Shown here one piece after another: positions 18,075 through 27,853 of a stretch of DNA of 64,000 nt. Numbering within the stretch: the first letter of the stretch is position 1; each line of letters begins with the position of its first letter. This DNA is from an uncultured Chlamydiales bacterium. Its GTDB lineage: Bacteria; Chlamydiota; Chlamydiia; Chlamydiales; JAAKFR01. Where the stretch lies: assembly GCA_963699155.1 (NCBI GenBank), contig OY969414.1:1323757-1387756 (forward strand), in the 5' to 3' direction. The notes under the pieces were generated by a model that saw nothing but the letters and a program-made list of their open reading frames with translations, did not search any database and had not been told where the DNA came from. A program made the translations under genes and the position numbers.

Positions 18075-21000
18075 GTGCCTATGTTTAAAGAACCTGAAAA
18101 TGAGACTTTTGCTGCACGGGAAGAGCGCATTTTAAAATTTTGGAAGGAGCAGAATATCTTCCAAAAGTCACTGGAGAATCGAAAAGATGCGCCCTACTTC
18201 GTCTTCTACGATGGACCTCCCTTCGCAACGGGTCTGCCCCATTATGGCCATCTTTTGGCAGGGACTATTAAAGATGTAGTGCCTCGTTACATGACTATGA
18301 GAGGGAAATATGTCCCTCGTCGGTTTGGCTGGGACTGCCATGGCCTGCCGATCGAGAATCAGATCGAGAAAGATTTCAATCTGACAGGTGCCACTTCGAT
18401 CGAGAAATTTGGCATCGCGCGCTTCAATGAAGAGTGTCGCAAGATTGTTCTCCGCTATACTGACGAGTGGAAATCTAAAGTCGAGCGCTTTGGCAGATGG
18501 GTCGATTTTTCCGAAACCTGGAAGACGATGGATGTCGCGTTCATGGAATCGGTCTGGTGGGTCTTCAAGCAGGTTTATGAGAGCGGACTCATCTACGAAG
18601 GTTTCAAAGTGATGCCCTTCTCGGCTAAACTGGGAACCCCACTCTCCAATTTCGAGGCGAGTGAAAACTACCAAGAGATCGATGATCCCTCAATAGTGGT
18701 GATGTTCCCTCTCAGTGGTGAAAAGGAGAGCTACTTCCTCGCATGGACGACCACCCCATGGACATTAATCTCCAATATGGCGCTTACAGTCGGTGAAGAG
18801 ATCACCTACGTCAAGGTGGAATTCAAAGGCAAACGGTATATTTTAGCTGAAGCGACCCTGGGAAATTGGTTCAAAGAAGCGGGTTCTTATCAGGTTCTGG
18901 ACCGCTTTTTAGGAAAGGAGCTCGTTGGTAAAACCTATGAGCCGCTTTTTTCCTATTTTGCCTCTAAAAAAGAAGAAAGCGCTTTTAGGGTTATCCACGA
19001 CGGCTTTGTCTCTACAGAAGATGGTACAGGCATCGTACATACAGCACCTGCCTTTGGAGAGGCCGACTTTTATGCCTGCCAAAAGGCGGGCATCCCTTTA
19101 GTCTGTCCTGTCAATAACAATGGTCTCTTTACCGAGGAAATCCCCGAATATCAGGGGCAGTTTGTCAAGGATGCCGACAAGGCGATTATCGCTCGTCTGA
19201 AGGAGCAGGGAAGACTCTTTTACCGCGGAACTCTACGCCACCGCTATCCTTTTTGCTGGCGCTCGGATACCCCCCTGATCTACAAAGTGATCACAACCTG
19301 GTTTTTAAAAGTGGAGGCGATCAAAGATCGCATGGTCGCGGCCAATCAGCATGTCCACTGGATGCCTTCACACATCAAGTATGGTCGTTTTGGGAATTGG
19401 CTGGAAGGGGCGCGTGATTGGGCGATCAGCCGTAACCGCTACTGGGGCACACCGATTCCGATCTGGCGTGCCGACGATGGCCAGCTCCATGTCATCGGGA
19501 GTATCCAAGAGCTGGAAGAGCTCACCGGAGCCAAAGTTACCGATCTCCACCGCCACTATATCGATCAGCTCACCTTTGTGAAAGAGGGGAAGACCTACCG
19601 CCGAATCGGTGAGGTCTTTGACTGCTGGTATGAATCGGGAGCGATGCCCTATGCGCAAAACCACTACCCCTTCGAGAATAAAGAGCTGACTGAAAGTACC
19701 TTCCCTGCTGACTTCATCGCTGAAGGGATCGATCAGACGCGGGCTTGGTTTTACACGCTGATGGTGCTTGGCGTCGCTCTCTTTGATAAATCACCCTATA
19801 AGAATGTCATCGTCAATGGCATTTTGCTTGCCGAAGATGGCAGCAAGATGTCCAAAAGGCTGAGGAACTATCCTGAGCCTGATATTGTCGTGAATAAATT
19901 TGGGGCCGATGCTGTCCGCCTCTACATGCTCCATAGCCCTGCTGTAAAAGCGGACGATTTACGCTTCTCAGAACGTGGTGTGGAGCTCATTCTCCGCCAA
20001 TTTTTGATTCCTCTTTGGAATGCACAGACCTTCTTTTTGACCTATGCACGCATCTATCAATGGAAGCCTCAGGAGAGCCGTCAAAAGCCACATGCAGTGA
20101 TCGACCAATGGATCTTATCACTTCTCAACCGCTTGATCAAAGAGGTCGAGGAGGGAATGGATGATTATGATCTTAACCATGCTGTAGAGCCTTTTGTCGG
20201 TTTTATCGACCAGTTAACTAACTGGTATATCCGTCGTAGTCGTCGCAGATTCTGGTCCGATGAAGAGAGCGAGGATCGCGCCCAAGCCTTTGAAACGCTC
20301 CACCATCTCCTCGTTGAACTTGCCAAGATTGCGGCACCCTTCATCCCTTTCTTGAGCGATGCCCTTTTCCTCAATCTCCGCACCTCCCAGATGCCCGAGT
20401 CGGTTCACCTCTGTGACTTTCCCGACTACCATCTCGAAAGCCGCAATAGGGCTCTCGAAGAGGGAATGGATGCCGTCCAGACGATCGTCAGCCTGGGCCA
20501 TGCTTTACGCAAAGAGCATAAATTGAAAGTGCGCCAGCCCCTTTCTGCTGCCCATATTGTCTGTGCGGAGGAGCATCTCCTCCACTTTATGCATCACCAA
20601 GAACATCTGATTGCCGATGAGCTCAATGTCAAGAAGGTGATTTTCCACCGCGAGAGTCATGAATTTGTGAAACTCTCGATCAAGCCCAATTTCCGTCTCT
20701 TAGGGAAAAAGGTAGGCGCTCATATGAAAGAGGCGCAAGTTTTGATCAACAACCTTGAACAGGAGCAAATCAACACCCTCCTAGATGGAAAGGCCCTCCC
20801 AATTACCTTAGGTGGAGACCATTTCACTCTAACGCCTGAAGATGTCGAAATCACCCGCAAAGTGCATGAAGGGTGGGTGGCGATGAATGCAGGTAATCTC
20901 ACCATCGCCCTCGATACCGAACTCAGTGAAGAGCTCATCCTGGAGGGAATCGCCCGCGAGCTGGTGAATAAGATCAACACGATGCGCCGCACAGCCGACT

Positions 21001-21188
21001 TTGCAGTCACCGACCGCATCAAAGTGGTTCTTGGGGCCACAGAGAAAGTACACAAGGCCTTCCAAATCCATGGCGCCTACATCAAAGAAGAGGTCCTTGC
21101 CACCGAGGTCCACTTCGGCAATCCCATCGACAGCACACCCTGGGATATCAACGGCGAACCCACCCCCATCTCCATCGAAAGAGTTTGA
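18075..21188 (+). CDS. ileS: Isoleucine-tRNA ligase (type 2, eukaryote/archaea-like)
   Basis: FYDGPPFATGLPHYGH, WAISRNRYWG and KMSKR motifs; no C-terminal Zn finger; ARELVNKINTMRR. Confidence 0.98.
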   Translation: MPMFKEPENETFAAREERILKFWKEQNIFQKSLENRKDAPYFVFYDGPPFATGLPHYGHLLAGTIKDVVPRYMTMRGKYVPRRFGWDCHGLPIENQIEKDFNLTGATSIEKFGIARFNEECRKIVLRYTDEWKSKVERFGRWVDFSETWKTMDVAFMESVWWVFKQVYESGLIYEGFKVMPFSAKLGTPLSNFEASENYQEIDDPSIVVMFPLSGEKESYFLAWTTTPWTLISNMALTVGEEITYVKVEFKGKRYILAEATLGNWFKEAGSYQVLDRFLGKELVGKTYEPLFSYFASKKEESAFRVIHDGFVSTEDGTGIVHTAPAFGEADFYACQKAGIPLVCPVNNNGLFTEEIPEYQGQFVKDADKAIIARLKEQGRLFYRGTLRHRYPFCWRSDTPLIYKVITTWFLKVEAIKDRMVAANQHVHWMPSHIKYGRFGNWLEGARDWAISRNRYWGTPIPIWRADDGQLHVIGSIQELEELTGAKVTDLHRHYIDQLTFVKEGKTYRRIGEVFDCWYESGAMPYAQNHYPFENKELTESTFPADFIAEGIDQTRAWFYTLMVLGVALFDKSPYKNVIVNGILLAEDGSKMSKRLRNYPEPDIVVNKFGADAVRLYMLHSPAVKADDLRFSERGVELILRQFLIPLWNAQTFFLTYARIYQWKPQESRQKPHAVIDQWILSLLNRLIKEVEEGMDDYDLNHAVEPFVGFIDQLTNWYIRRSRRRFWSDEESEDRAQAFETLHHLLVELAKIAAPFIPFLSDALFLNLRTSQMPESVHLCDFPDYHLESRNRALEEGMDAVQTIVSLGHALRKEHKLKVRQPLSAAHIVCAEEHLLHFMHHQEHLIADELNVKKVIFHRESHEFVKLSIKPNFRLLGKKVGAHMKEAQVLINNLEQEQINTLLDGKALPITLGGDHFTLTPEDVEITRKVHEGWVAMNAGNLTIALDTELSEELILEGIARELVNKINTMRRTADFAVTDRIKVVLGATEKVHKAFQIHGAYIKEEVLATEVHFGNPIDSTPWDINGEPTPISIERV

Positions 21189-21194
21189 AACCAG

Positions 21195-21420
21195 ATTCAA
21201 CGCAAAGACGCTAAGACGCAGAGGCGCAAAGAAATAGGAGCGCTTCGCGTACCCACCTTCTTTGTGTCTTAGCGTCTTTACCCCTCGCTGACTTCGTCAG
21301 TCTCGGACAACCCATCAAAAAAGCGCCACTGGCGCTTTATTTGAGGTACCTTGTCGTCTTTGCGTTGAATTTTGATTTAAACTTTGCGTTCTTAAGGCCT
21401 TAACGTCTTTGCGTTGAATT
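21195..21420. repeat. REP-like palindromic octamer repeats (ACGCAAAG family) with an internal insertion
   Basis: ATTCAACGCAAAGACG unit at 21195 (+) and at about 21355 and 21404 (-); the last copy lies inside the lepB 3' end. Confidence 0.7.
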
Positions 21421-23343
21421 ATCCTTGAAGATGGAGCGGTTGTTGCGGCGAATGAGCCAGAGGATGGCGCAAGCGATCACAAGAGCTGCGACGGTCCAGA
21501 CAATCATGTTGGGGAGTGTGAACCAGGGATAGGGCGGTTGTGGAAGTAGCCCCACACGTTTTCCAGGAGGCCAGAAGGTGAATGAGGGGGCGCCGCGGAG
21601 ATTTTCTGTGGGGACGAAGCCAAAGTCGCGGCTATCAGCGCTCATCGCATAATTATCACCAAGGGCTACCAGGCCATCCTCAGGTACTTTCAACCCAAAA
21701 GCGCGAATGAAAGCAGTATCGAGCGAGCCATCCTCTTTTAAAGGAGGACCTCGATCGGTGAAGGCAATATAGGGCTTTTCGCGGGTTGATCGATTCTGCT
21801 TTTCCAGCTCACTTTGAACAAAGTGAGTGAGTATAGGATCATCCTTTTTCAAAAGAGGTGCGCCCATGAGGTAGAGCTCGCCCTGCCGATAATAGGCAAA
21901 ACGCTGGGGATTAAAGGGCTGATTGGGCTCCACTGGCTCGAACAGAGTATTGAAGGCAAATCCGAGATTGAAAAGCTTCATGATATTTTCTGGAGTCGAT
22001 TTGTAGAGAGGGTGGTTGGAAGGGAGTTCCGTTAAAATGCCCCCAAAACCCACCTTGTAGCCAACACCATAGTAAAATTCATAGCAGCCATCAGGTATAC
22101 CAGGAAATTTGGGGTCATATTCTGGACGCTGAGGCCTTTTTTTCCCTTCGACATAACGATAAGCCCTGCCCCCATTGATAAAAAAACGAGCGGTATAGAG
22201 TCTATGTTGAATCGTTTCAAGATGGCTCTGTTTTAAGGGGATGATCGATGCAAATGGGGTGATCATCGGCTGCACTGTGCCCATTTCGCTAGGCCGCAAT
22301 TCGGGTTTGGGAAAGGTCAGATTGGGCGTGTGGCGTAGTTCAAGATAGGCAACGGCCTCTTTTTCTTCCTCAGGAAGCTGGCCGTAAAAATCGCGCACCT
22401 GCGCTTTTGTCAACAATCGGGCCATCGCATAGTTGCCCATCCCCCAAAGATCACTGTAGCTCATCGGTTCATCGTGGCGTGTTTTCAAGGCTTCCACACG
22501 ATCCTGCACCCACTCTTTACCGTTAAAGAACTTTCCTTCAATCTCGCGGGGACTTTTCGCTTCCAACTTTGCGACAGGTAGATTCATCTGCTTAAGAGTG
22601 GCTGAAGCGAAGACATGGTGAGCGATCGGGCGAGAAAGGAGAGCTTTGCCGTCCATATAGATGTAGGGAATATGGTCAATTTTTTCGATGCCATAGCGGC
22701 TTAAAAACGCCTCATCAGCCTGTTCCAGGAGGGGATGACCCTCTTTGTCAACGCCGTAAACACGACCCCCATAAAAATAGATCGTATCCCCCGGTTTAGC
22801 GACACACCGCTTGATATACCTCTTTTTGCCAGGAATGAAGCCAAAGTAGAGCATATTTGCGTCGGCCACATCCATATCGCGCACGGTGAAAACGATGATG
22901 CTAGCTCTCTGCACATAATCGTCGGAGAAGAGAAGCGGTCTTTTGCGAAAGGGGAGGGTGATGCCAAAGGTCGATTTCGAGACCACCATCCGATCGAGCT
23001 CCTCCACAGTCGGACGCATCGACCCTGTCGGTACCTCGTAGAGCTCAAACCAGAATTGGCGGATCAAAAATGCGACTATAATGGCAAAGCCGAGTGCGTA
23101 GGAAACTTCCCGCACTTGATCCCAGATGGTTTTAGGAAAATGGTCGTGGATCGATGACTCGAGCCTCTTGGCAAGCGGAGTGGCCCGCTGCTTATCTTTT
23201 GCCAAAACCGCCGCATCAAGAGCACGGATCTCGGACTCGATCTCTTTTTGTTCTATCTCCGAAATCGTATGCCGTTTTCTCTGAAAAATCTTATAGCTCG
23301 ATCTCAAAATGCGACGGCATTTGCGGAGAGAAAAGTTTCTCAT
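21400..23343 (-). CDS. lepB: Signal peptidase I (large chlamydial type)
   Basis: VPTGSMRPT, RYIKRCVA and GDNYAMSADSRDFGFVP motifs. Confidence 0.95.
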   Translation of the reverse strand: MRNFSLRKCRRILRSSYKIFQRKRHTISEIEQKEIESEIRALDAAVLAKDKQRATPLAKRLESSIHDHFPKTIWDQVREVSYALGFAIIVAFLIRQFWFELYEVPTGSMRPTVEELDRMVVSKSTFGITLPFRKRPLLFSDDYVQRASIIVFTVRDMDVADANMLYFGFIPGKKRYIKRCVAKPGDTIYFYGGRVYGVDKEGHPLLEQADEAFLSRYGIEKIDHIPYIYMDGKALLSRPIAHHVFASATLKQMNLPVAKLEAKSPREIEGKFFNGKEWVQDRVEALKTRHDEPMSYSDLWGMGNYAMARLLTKAQVRDFYGQLPEEEKEAVAYLELRHTPNLTFPKPELRPSEMGTVQPMITPFASIIPLKQSHLETIQHRLYTARFFINGGRAYRYVEGKKRPQRPEYDPKFPGIPDGCYEFYYGVGYKVGFGGILTELPSNHPLYKSTPENIMKLFNLGFAFNTLFEPVEPNQPFNPQRFAYYRQGELYLMGAPLLKKDDPILTHFVQSELEKQNRSTREKPYIAFTDRGPPLKEDGSLDTAFIRAFGLKVPEDGLVALGDNYAMSADSRDFGFVPTENLRGAPSFTFWPPGKRVGLLPQPPYPWFTLPNMIVWTVAALVIACAILWLIRRNNRSIFKDNSTQRR

Positions 23344-23367
23344 AACACCTAAACAGATAAAATAAAT

Positions 23368-23469
23368 GCAACTATTCAGACTCTCTCTGTGGTCTCTGTG
23401 AGCTCAGTGGTGTTTTTTTTATTTTACCACAGAGAGCAGAGAGCACACAGAGAACAGGTGAATATTTAC
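23368..23469. mobile_element. MITE-like element upstream of lepB
   Basis: Terminal IRs gcaactattca / tgaatatttac; internal CTCTGTG/CACAGAG palindrome; flanks aaataaat / aaagaaat (7/8 match). Confidence 0.55.
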
Positions 23470-23701
23470 AAAGAAATTACCATGGCAGGTTTCGACTTTA
23501 AAGTATAGATGTTGAAAATTGTGTACGCTATTTGTTCGCTATCCGAACCTAAATTTGGATGCCTTTAACCCTCTGCAGTGTGGAAAGGTTGTTTATAACT
23601 TGTGTGCAAAAATTAGGATTCTCTTAAAAATCTTTTTCAGTCAGCTTGTTTTGAGTCGGTTATGGCAAAAATCCAGAAGAGGATTTTTTGTTTACAATAG
23701 C

Positions 23702-24307
23702 TTATGAACCCTTGTCGATCCAGTTATAGACAGTTTTTGCAGCGGCATCGATTCCAGTTGGGTTTGTATACATTAAACTGAGTCCCTTAAGAACACCCAA
23801 GGCAGCTCCACCCGCCAATGCTCTGCCAAATTGCGCCCAATTTACATTATCTAATAGTCCTAAATTAAGACCTCCCGCAACTCGTTGAATCTCTTCTTCT
23901 GAGAGTTCTTCAGTAGCAAGAGGGGGCAGTACAAGATATTGTCTTTCTGCCGTTTCTTCAAAAACTTCCACTGACCAATCATTGGGTAGTGGTGCTCCAC
24001 ATTCTTCTTTTAAAACTTTTTTTGGATCAGCAAATAGTCTTTTTTTAAGCTCTGGGTCTTGTAATGCTTTCAGAGTGATTTGCAAAAGAGGCTTCTTTGG
24101 ATTTTCTTTGGCAAACTGTTCAATCTGTTCTCGCTGTTTGATATCAGGAATGACAAGATAGATTTTTTTTGGTTCGGGTTCGATGACAATCAACTTCAAT
24201 TGATCCTCAAACTTCAACCCAAGCTCTTTACTAAGAACGCCCTTTGGGTCCTTTTTGACTCTTTCTCTGAAATTTCTATCGATCAAAAAAGAAGAGATGT
24301 TACCCAT
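23702..24307 (-). CDS. NHLP-leader peptide precursor with tandem leader domains
   Basis: D.NFRERVKKDPKGVL...YLVIP, then KALQDPELKKRLFADPKKVL...VFEETAERQYLVLPP...EELSEEEIQRVAGG and a 55-aa core. Confidence 0.85.
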   Translation of the reverse strand: MGNISSFLIDRNFRERVKKDPKGVLSKELGLKFEDQLKLIVIEPEPKKIYLVIPDIKQREQIEQFAKENPKKPLLQITLKALQDPELKKRLFADPKKVLKEECGAPLPNDWSVEVFEETAERQYLVLPPLATEELSEEEIQRVAGGLNLGLLDNVNWAQFGRALAGGAALGVLKGLSLMYTNPTGIDAAAKTVYNWIDKGS

Positions 24308-24358
24308 AAAAATTATTTTATTTCAGAGGAACTTTTCCTTCAAGAACAAACAGCGGGC

Positions 24359-25381
24359 TTATTTCTGCGGAACTTTTCCTTCAAGCACGATCGAGGGGTC
24401 TTCTTGAGGGGAAATGAGGAAGCGATAATGGCTTAAGGGGTTTTGGAGCTGTGCCAGCTCTTCATTGGGGATCTGCAGGGAGACGCTTTCTCCATTACTT
24501 GTTGTAGTGGCGGGAAGGGAAAGGAGATTGCCGAAAAAAGAACCCTCTTCTTCAGCGACAAAGACAAAAAATTGTCTGAAGTAGATCGGTGATTTCAGAG
24601 AGAAGAGAAGGCCCTCGGGGGTGCGCTCACCCTGGCCCATCAATTGTGGTGCTCTTTTGGGGAGGGTTGTTCGAGGGGATTTTGCCTCGAGGCCAGAGTC
24701 GACCACGCGGGCTCTGGCACTTCCGATCTTTCCTTCAATTTCTAGCCAATAGGGGAAGTAGGCTGGAAACCAAGCTCCCTCTGGTTGGGCATCGGGCAGA
24801 TAGATCTCGATCGTCTTCCGAGAAAGATCGCTTCCATCAGAGGGCCAGCGTGCTTTATAAACATGAAAAGAGGCTCGAGGAATCACTGCGCCGTTGACCG
24901 TCAGCCGAGGATTCCAGAGGGGACGGTGGTCGGCTTTGTTGTGTCCAGGAGGGAGGCCCACCCGGCGCCGATCACTTTCGTCAACTTCGCGAAAGCGGAG
25001 GTTGAGGAGTGTCGTTAAAAAAGTATTCGAGGAGCTCATATCGATCCATCCCTGATGGGTGAAAGAGAAGGTCTCTTCAAACTGACCCGTCTCCAAATTC
25101 ACCTGGGAGATAATCCAGGAGGTATGTCCGGGTGCGCCGCTCTCAAACCAGCTCTTCCATGGCATCGGCTTTTTCGAAAAACTGGCTGCTGGAATCGAAA
25201 CCTCTTCGAGAATGATCCGTTGGTCCTGCCTTTCCTGGATATGGAAGAAAGTAAATGTTTTATTTTGCTCGATCACAACGTAGCTACTCGGATGGGCTTC
25301 AGCCAGTTTTCCTTTGAGCTGAAGATCAGCCAGGAGGGTGGTCGAGAGCATGAGGAGAGTCAAAAAGAAGATTCGAAACAT
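24359..25381 (-). CDS. Conserved chlamydial hypothetical protein (CT021-like by position)
   Basis: Signal peptide; lies between lepB and rpmE2 as in Chlamydia; FPYWLE motif. Confidence 0.7.
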   Translation of the reverse strand: MFRIFFLTLLMLSTTLLADLQLKGKLAEAHPSSYVVIEQNKTFTFFHIQERQDQRIILEEVSIPAASFSKKPMPWKSWFESGAPGHTSWIISQVNLETGQFEETFSFTHQGWIDMSSSNTFLTTLLNLRFREVDESDRRRVGLPPGHNKADHRPLWNPRLTVNGAVIPRASFHVYKARWPSDGSDLSRKTIEIYLPDAQPEGAWFPAYFPYWLEIEGKIGSARARVVDSGLEAKSPRTTLPKRAPQLMGQGERTPEGLLFSLKSPIYFRQFFVFVAEEEGSFFGNLLSLPATTTSNGESVSLQIPNEELAQLQNPLSHYRFLISPQEDPSIVLEGKVPQK

Positions 25382-25465
25382 CGATTGTGAGTATAGAATA
25401 TCTCTTGATTTTTTACTCGCGCTAAAGATAAAATCAGTCCCATTTTACAACGCTGGAGATTGACC

Positions 25466-25783
25466 ATGAAAAAAGAGACCCACCCTCCCTATCAAGATAT
25501 TCTTTTTGTCGACAACTCAACCGGGTATAAATTTGTCTGTGGTTCGACACTGCAACCTAAAACGAAAGAGATGTTTGAAGGGAAAGAATACCCTGTCTAC
25601 CACGTGACTGTCTCTTCCTCGTCCCACCCCTTTTTCACAGGCAGCAAGCAATTTGTTGATGCTGAAGGTCGAGTGGATAAATTCTTGAAGCGCTACGCAA
25701 AGAAAGAGCCGCCTCAGAAGAAAGAGGATCAGGAACCTTCTGAGCAGAAAAAAGAACAGCAGCCTAAGAAAAAGAAGAAATAG
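25466..25783 (+). CDS. rpmE2: 50S ribosomal protein L31 type B
   Basis: MKKETHP.Y and [10 protein letters not shown]...[10 protein letters not shown]; Lys-rich tail. Confidence 0.95.
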   Translation: MKKETHPPYQDILFVDNSTGYKFVCGSTLQPKTKEMFEGKEYPVYHVTVSSSSHPFFTGSKQFVDAEGRVDKFLKRYAKKEPPQKKEDQEPSEQKKEQQPKKKKK

Positions 25784-25802
25784 TACTCCATCTTCCCACC
25801 GC

Positions 25803-25886
25803 GGCGGCTTGGATGCGGTCAAAATCCAAGTGTAGCTGCGGCAACTTTTTTTAACTATGGCGGCTTGGATGCGGCCAAAATCCAAG
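25803..25886 (+). repeat. Two 28-bp hairpin-forming direct repeats separated by 28 bp
   Basis: ggcggcttggatgcggYcaaaatccaag at 25803-25830 and 25859-25886 (27/28 identical). Confidence 0.8.
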
Positions 25887-25908
25887 AGAAATTGAGGAGT
25901 ATTATTAC

Positions 25909-26973
25909 TTGGAAAACAAAGTTGCACAACTCTTAGCTCGGCTCGCCGAGGTGGAGGAGGCGCTTGCTCAGCCCGGTGCTTTTGAAGATCCGAAGAAATA
26001 CCGGGAGTTGACGCAAGAGCACAACTCCCTCTCCAAACTCAAATCTGTCTGGGACGATCTTTCGAGATCGCGTAAGCAGCTGGAAGATGATCGCTCGCTG
26101 TTAGAGAGTGAGAAGGATCCTGAAATCCGCTCTCTTTTAGAGGAAGAGCTCCCCTTACTAGAACAGAAAGTCGCCACTCTCGAATCGGCGCTCGAAACTC
26201 TTCTTGTCCCACCCGACCCTGAAGATAGCCGAAACGTCATCATGGAGATCCGTGCAGGGACGGGCGGTGATGAAGCAGCGCTTTTTGTGGGCGATTGTGT
26301 GCGGATGTACCAACTTTACGCCGATACCATGGGCTGGAAATATGAGATTCTGGCCTGCAGCCCGAGTGAGATTGGCGGGTACAAGGAATATATCATGGTA
26401 CTCGCAGGCCTTAATGTGAAGCGCTTTCTCCAGTATGAGGGTGGCACTCACCGCGTGCAGCGGGTCCCGGCAACAGAAGCTCAGGGACGCATCCACACCT
26501 CTGCCATCACAGTGGCGGTTCTGCTTGAACCGACCGAGGAGGAGGAGATTGAGCTCGATGAAAAGGAGTTGCGCATCGATACCTATCGCTCCTCTGGTGC
26601 CGGTGGCCAGCACGTCAATACCACCGATTCTGCTGTCCGTATCACCCACATTCCCACAGGGATGGTTTCATACTGTCAGGATGAACGGAGCCAGCATAAA
26701 AACAAAGATAAAGCCCTACGCCTGTTGAAAGCCAAAATTGCCGATGCCCAGCGGCAGAAACAGCATGCTGAAGAGGCCAGTTTACGCGCCTCTCAAGTGG
26801 GCTCTGGAGACCGTTCTGAGCGTATTCGCACCTATAATTTCCCCCAGAATCGTCTCACCGACCATCGCATCAATTTGACGCTCTACAATCTCGATCATAT
26901 CATGGAAGGGGAGCTGGAGCCGGTCAGTGCTGCGCTCGTCAAGTTCTACCATCAGCAAAAACTTTCCGCATGA
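25909..26973 (+). CDS. prfA: Peptide chain release factor 1
   Basis: PAT anticodon motif, GAGGQ and [12 protein letters not shown]. Confidence 0.97.
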   Translation: MENKVAQLLARLAEVEEALAQPGAFEDPKKYRELTQEHNSLSKLKSVWDDLSRSRKQLEDDRSLLESEKDPEIRSLLEEELPLLEQKVATLESALETLLVPPDPEDSRNVIMEIRAGTGGDEAALFVGDCVRMYQLYADTMGWKYEILACSPSEIGGYKEYIMVLAGLNVKRFLQYEGGTHRVQRVPATEAQGRIHTSAITVAVLLEPTEEEEIELDEKELRIDTYRSSGAGGQHVNTTDSAVRITHIPTGMVSYCQDERSQHKNKDKALRLLKAKIADAQRQKQHAEEASLRASQVGSGDRSERIRTYNFPQNRLTDHRINLTLYNLDHIMEGELEPVSAALVKFYHQQKLSA

Positions 26974-27013
26974 ACCTTACTCAGAAACAGAATCGTGGCG
27001 GGGGTGAAGAGTC

Positions 27014-27853
27014 ATGATCACGCTCCTTGAAATCGTCACACGTTCTGCTGCCTATTTGGCTCAAAAGGGGATAGAACCTGCCCGTAGAGAAGCGGAGGAG
27101 GTGATCGCCGATGCTTTGGGCATCAAACGGATCGACCTCTATCTCCAGTTCGATCGTCCGCTGACTGACCAGGAGCTAGGACCGTTGAGAAGTGCAATTC
27201 AGAGGCGTGGACAGCATGAGCCCACTGCTTATATTGCCGGCCAACTCTCTTTTGCCGGCATCGATTTGAAAGTGAATCGCAATGTGTTGATACCACGACC
27301 CGAAACTGAGATTCTCGTTGAGAAAATCGCTGAATCTTTGCTGAGAGAGTCGCTTCAGGGAAAGGTTTTGTGGGACCTCTGCTGTGGGTCAGGCTGTATC
27401 GGCCTTTCCCTAAAAAAGCGTTTTCCCGAGCTGACAGTGATTCTATCTGATATCGATCCTTCAGCCCTGCAGACAGCACGCACCAATGCCTCTGTCGATG
27501 TTTCTTATCTCGAAGGCGACCTCTTTTTGCCCTTTTCAGGGCAGCAGTGTGACTATTTAGTCTGCAATCCTCCCTACGTTTCAGAAAAAGAGTTCACTCA
27601 GCTCGCTCCTGAGGTCCGCGATTGGGAGCCCAAAAAAGCGCTTGTGAGTGGCCCTACAGGGTTGGAATTTTATGCCCGTATTGCTGAATCGTTAGCCAAA
27701 CATTTGCGCCCGCAAGGCCAAGCTTGGCTCGAGATCGGCACAGGGCAAGGCAATGCGGTGAAAGCGCTATTCGAGCAAAAGGGCTTTTCCTGTTCTGTGA
27801 GCCAAGATTGGGCAGGTCACGACCGCTTTTGTGTTATAAAAACCGATAGTTGA
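27014..27853 (+). CDS. prmC: Release factor glutamine methyltransferase
   Basis: LIPRPETE, DLCCGSG and NPPY motifs; follows prfA. Confidence 0.95.
   Translation: MITLLEIVTRSAAYLAQKGIEPARREAEEVIADALGIKRIDLYLQFDRPLTDQELGPLRSAIQRRGQHEPTAYIAGQLSFAGIDLKVNRNVLIPRPETEILVEKIAESLLRESLQGKVLWDLCCGSGCIGLSLKKRFPELTVILSDIDPSALQTARTNASVDVSYLEGDLFLPFSGQQCDYLVCNPPYVSEKEFTQLAPEVRDWEPKKALVSGPTGLEFYARIAESLAKHLRPQGQAWLEIGTGQGNAVKALFEQKGFSCSVSQDWAGHDRFCVIKTDS

Noticed and set aside
25803..25886. CRISPR array
   Set aside because: Only two repeats, no cas genes and no leader; it lies within a housekeeping operon. Kept only as a repeat.
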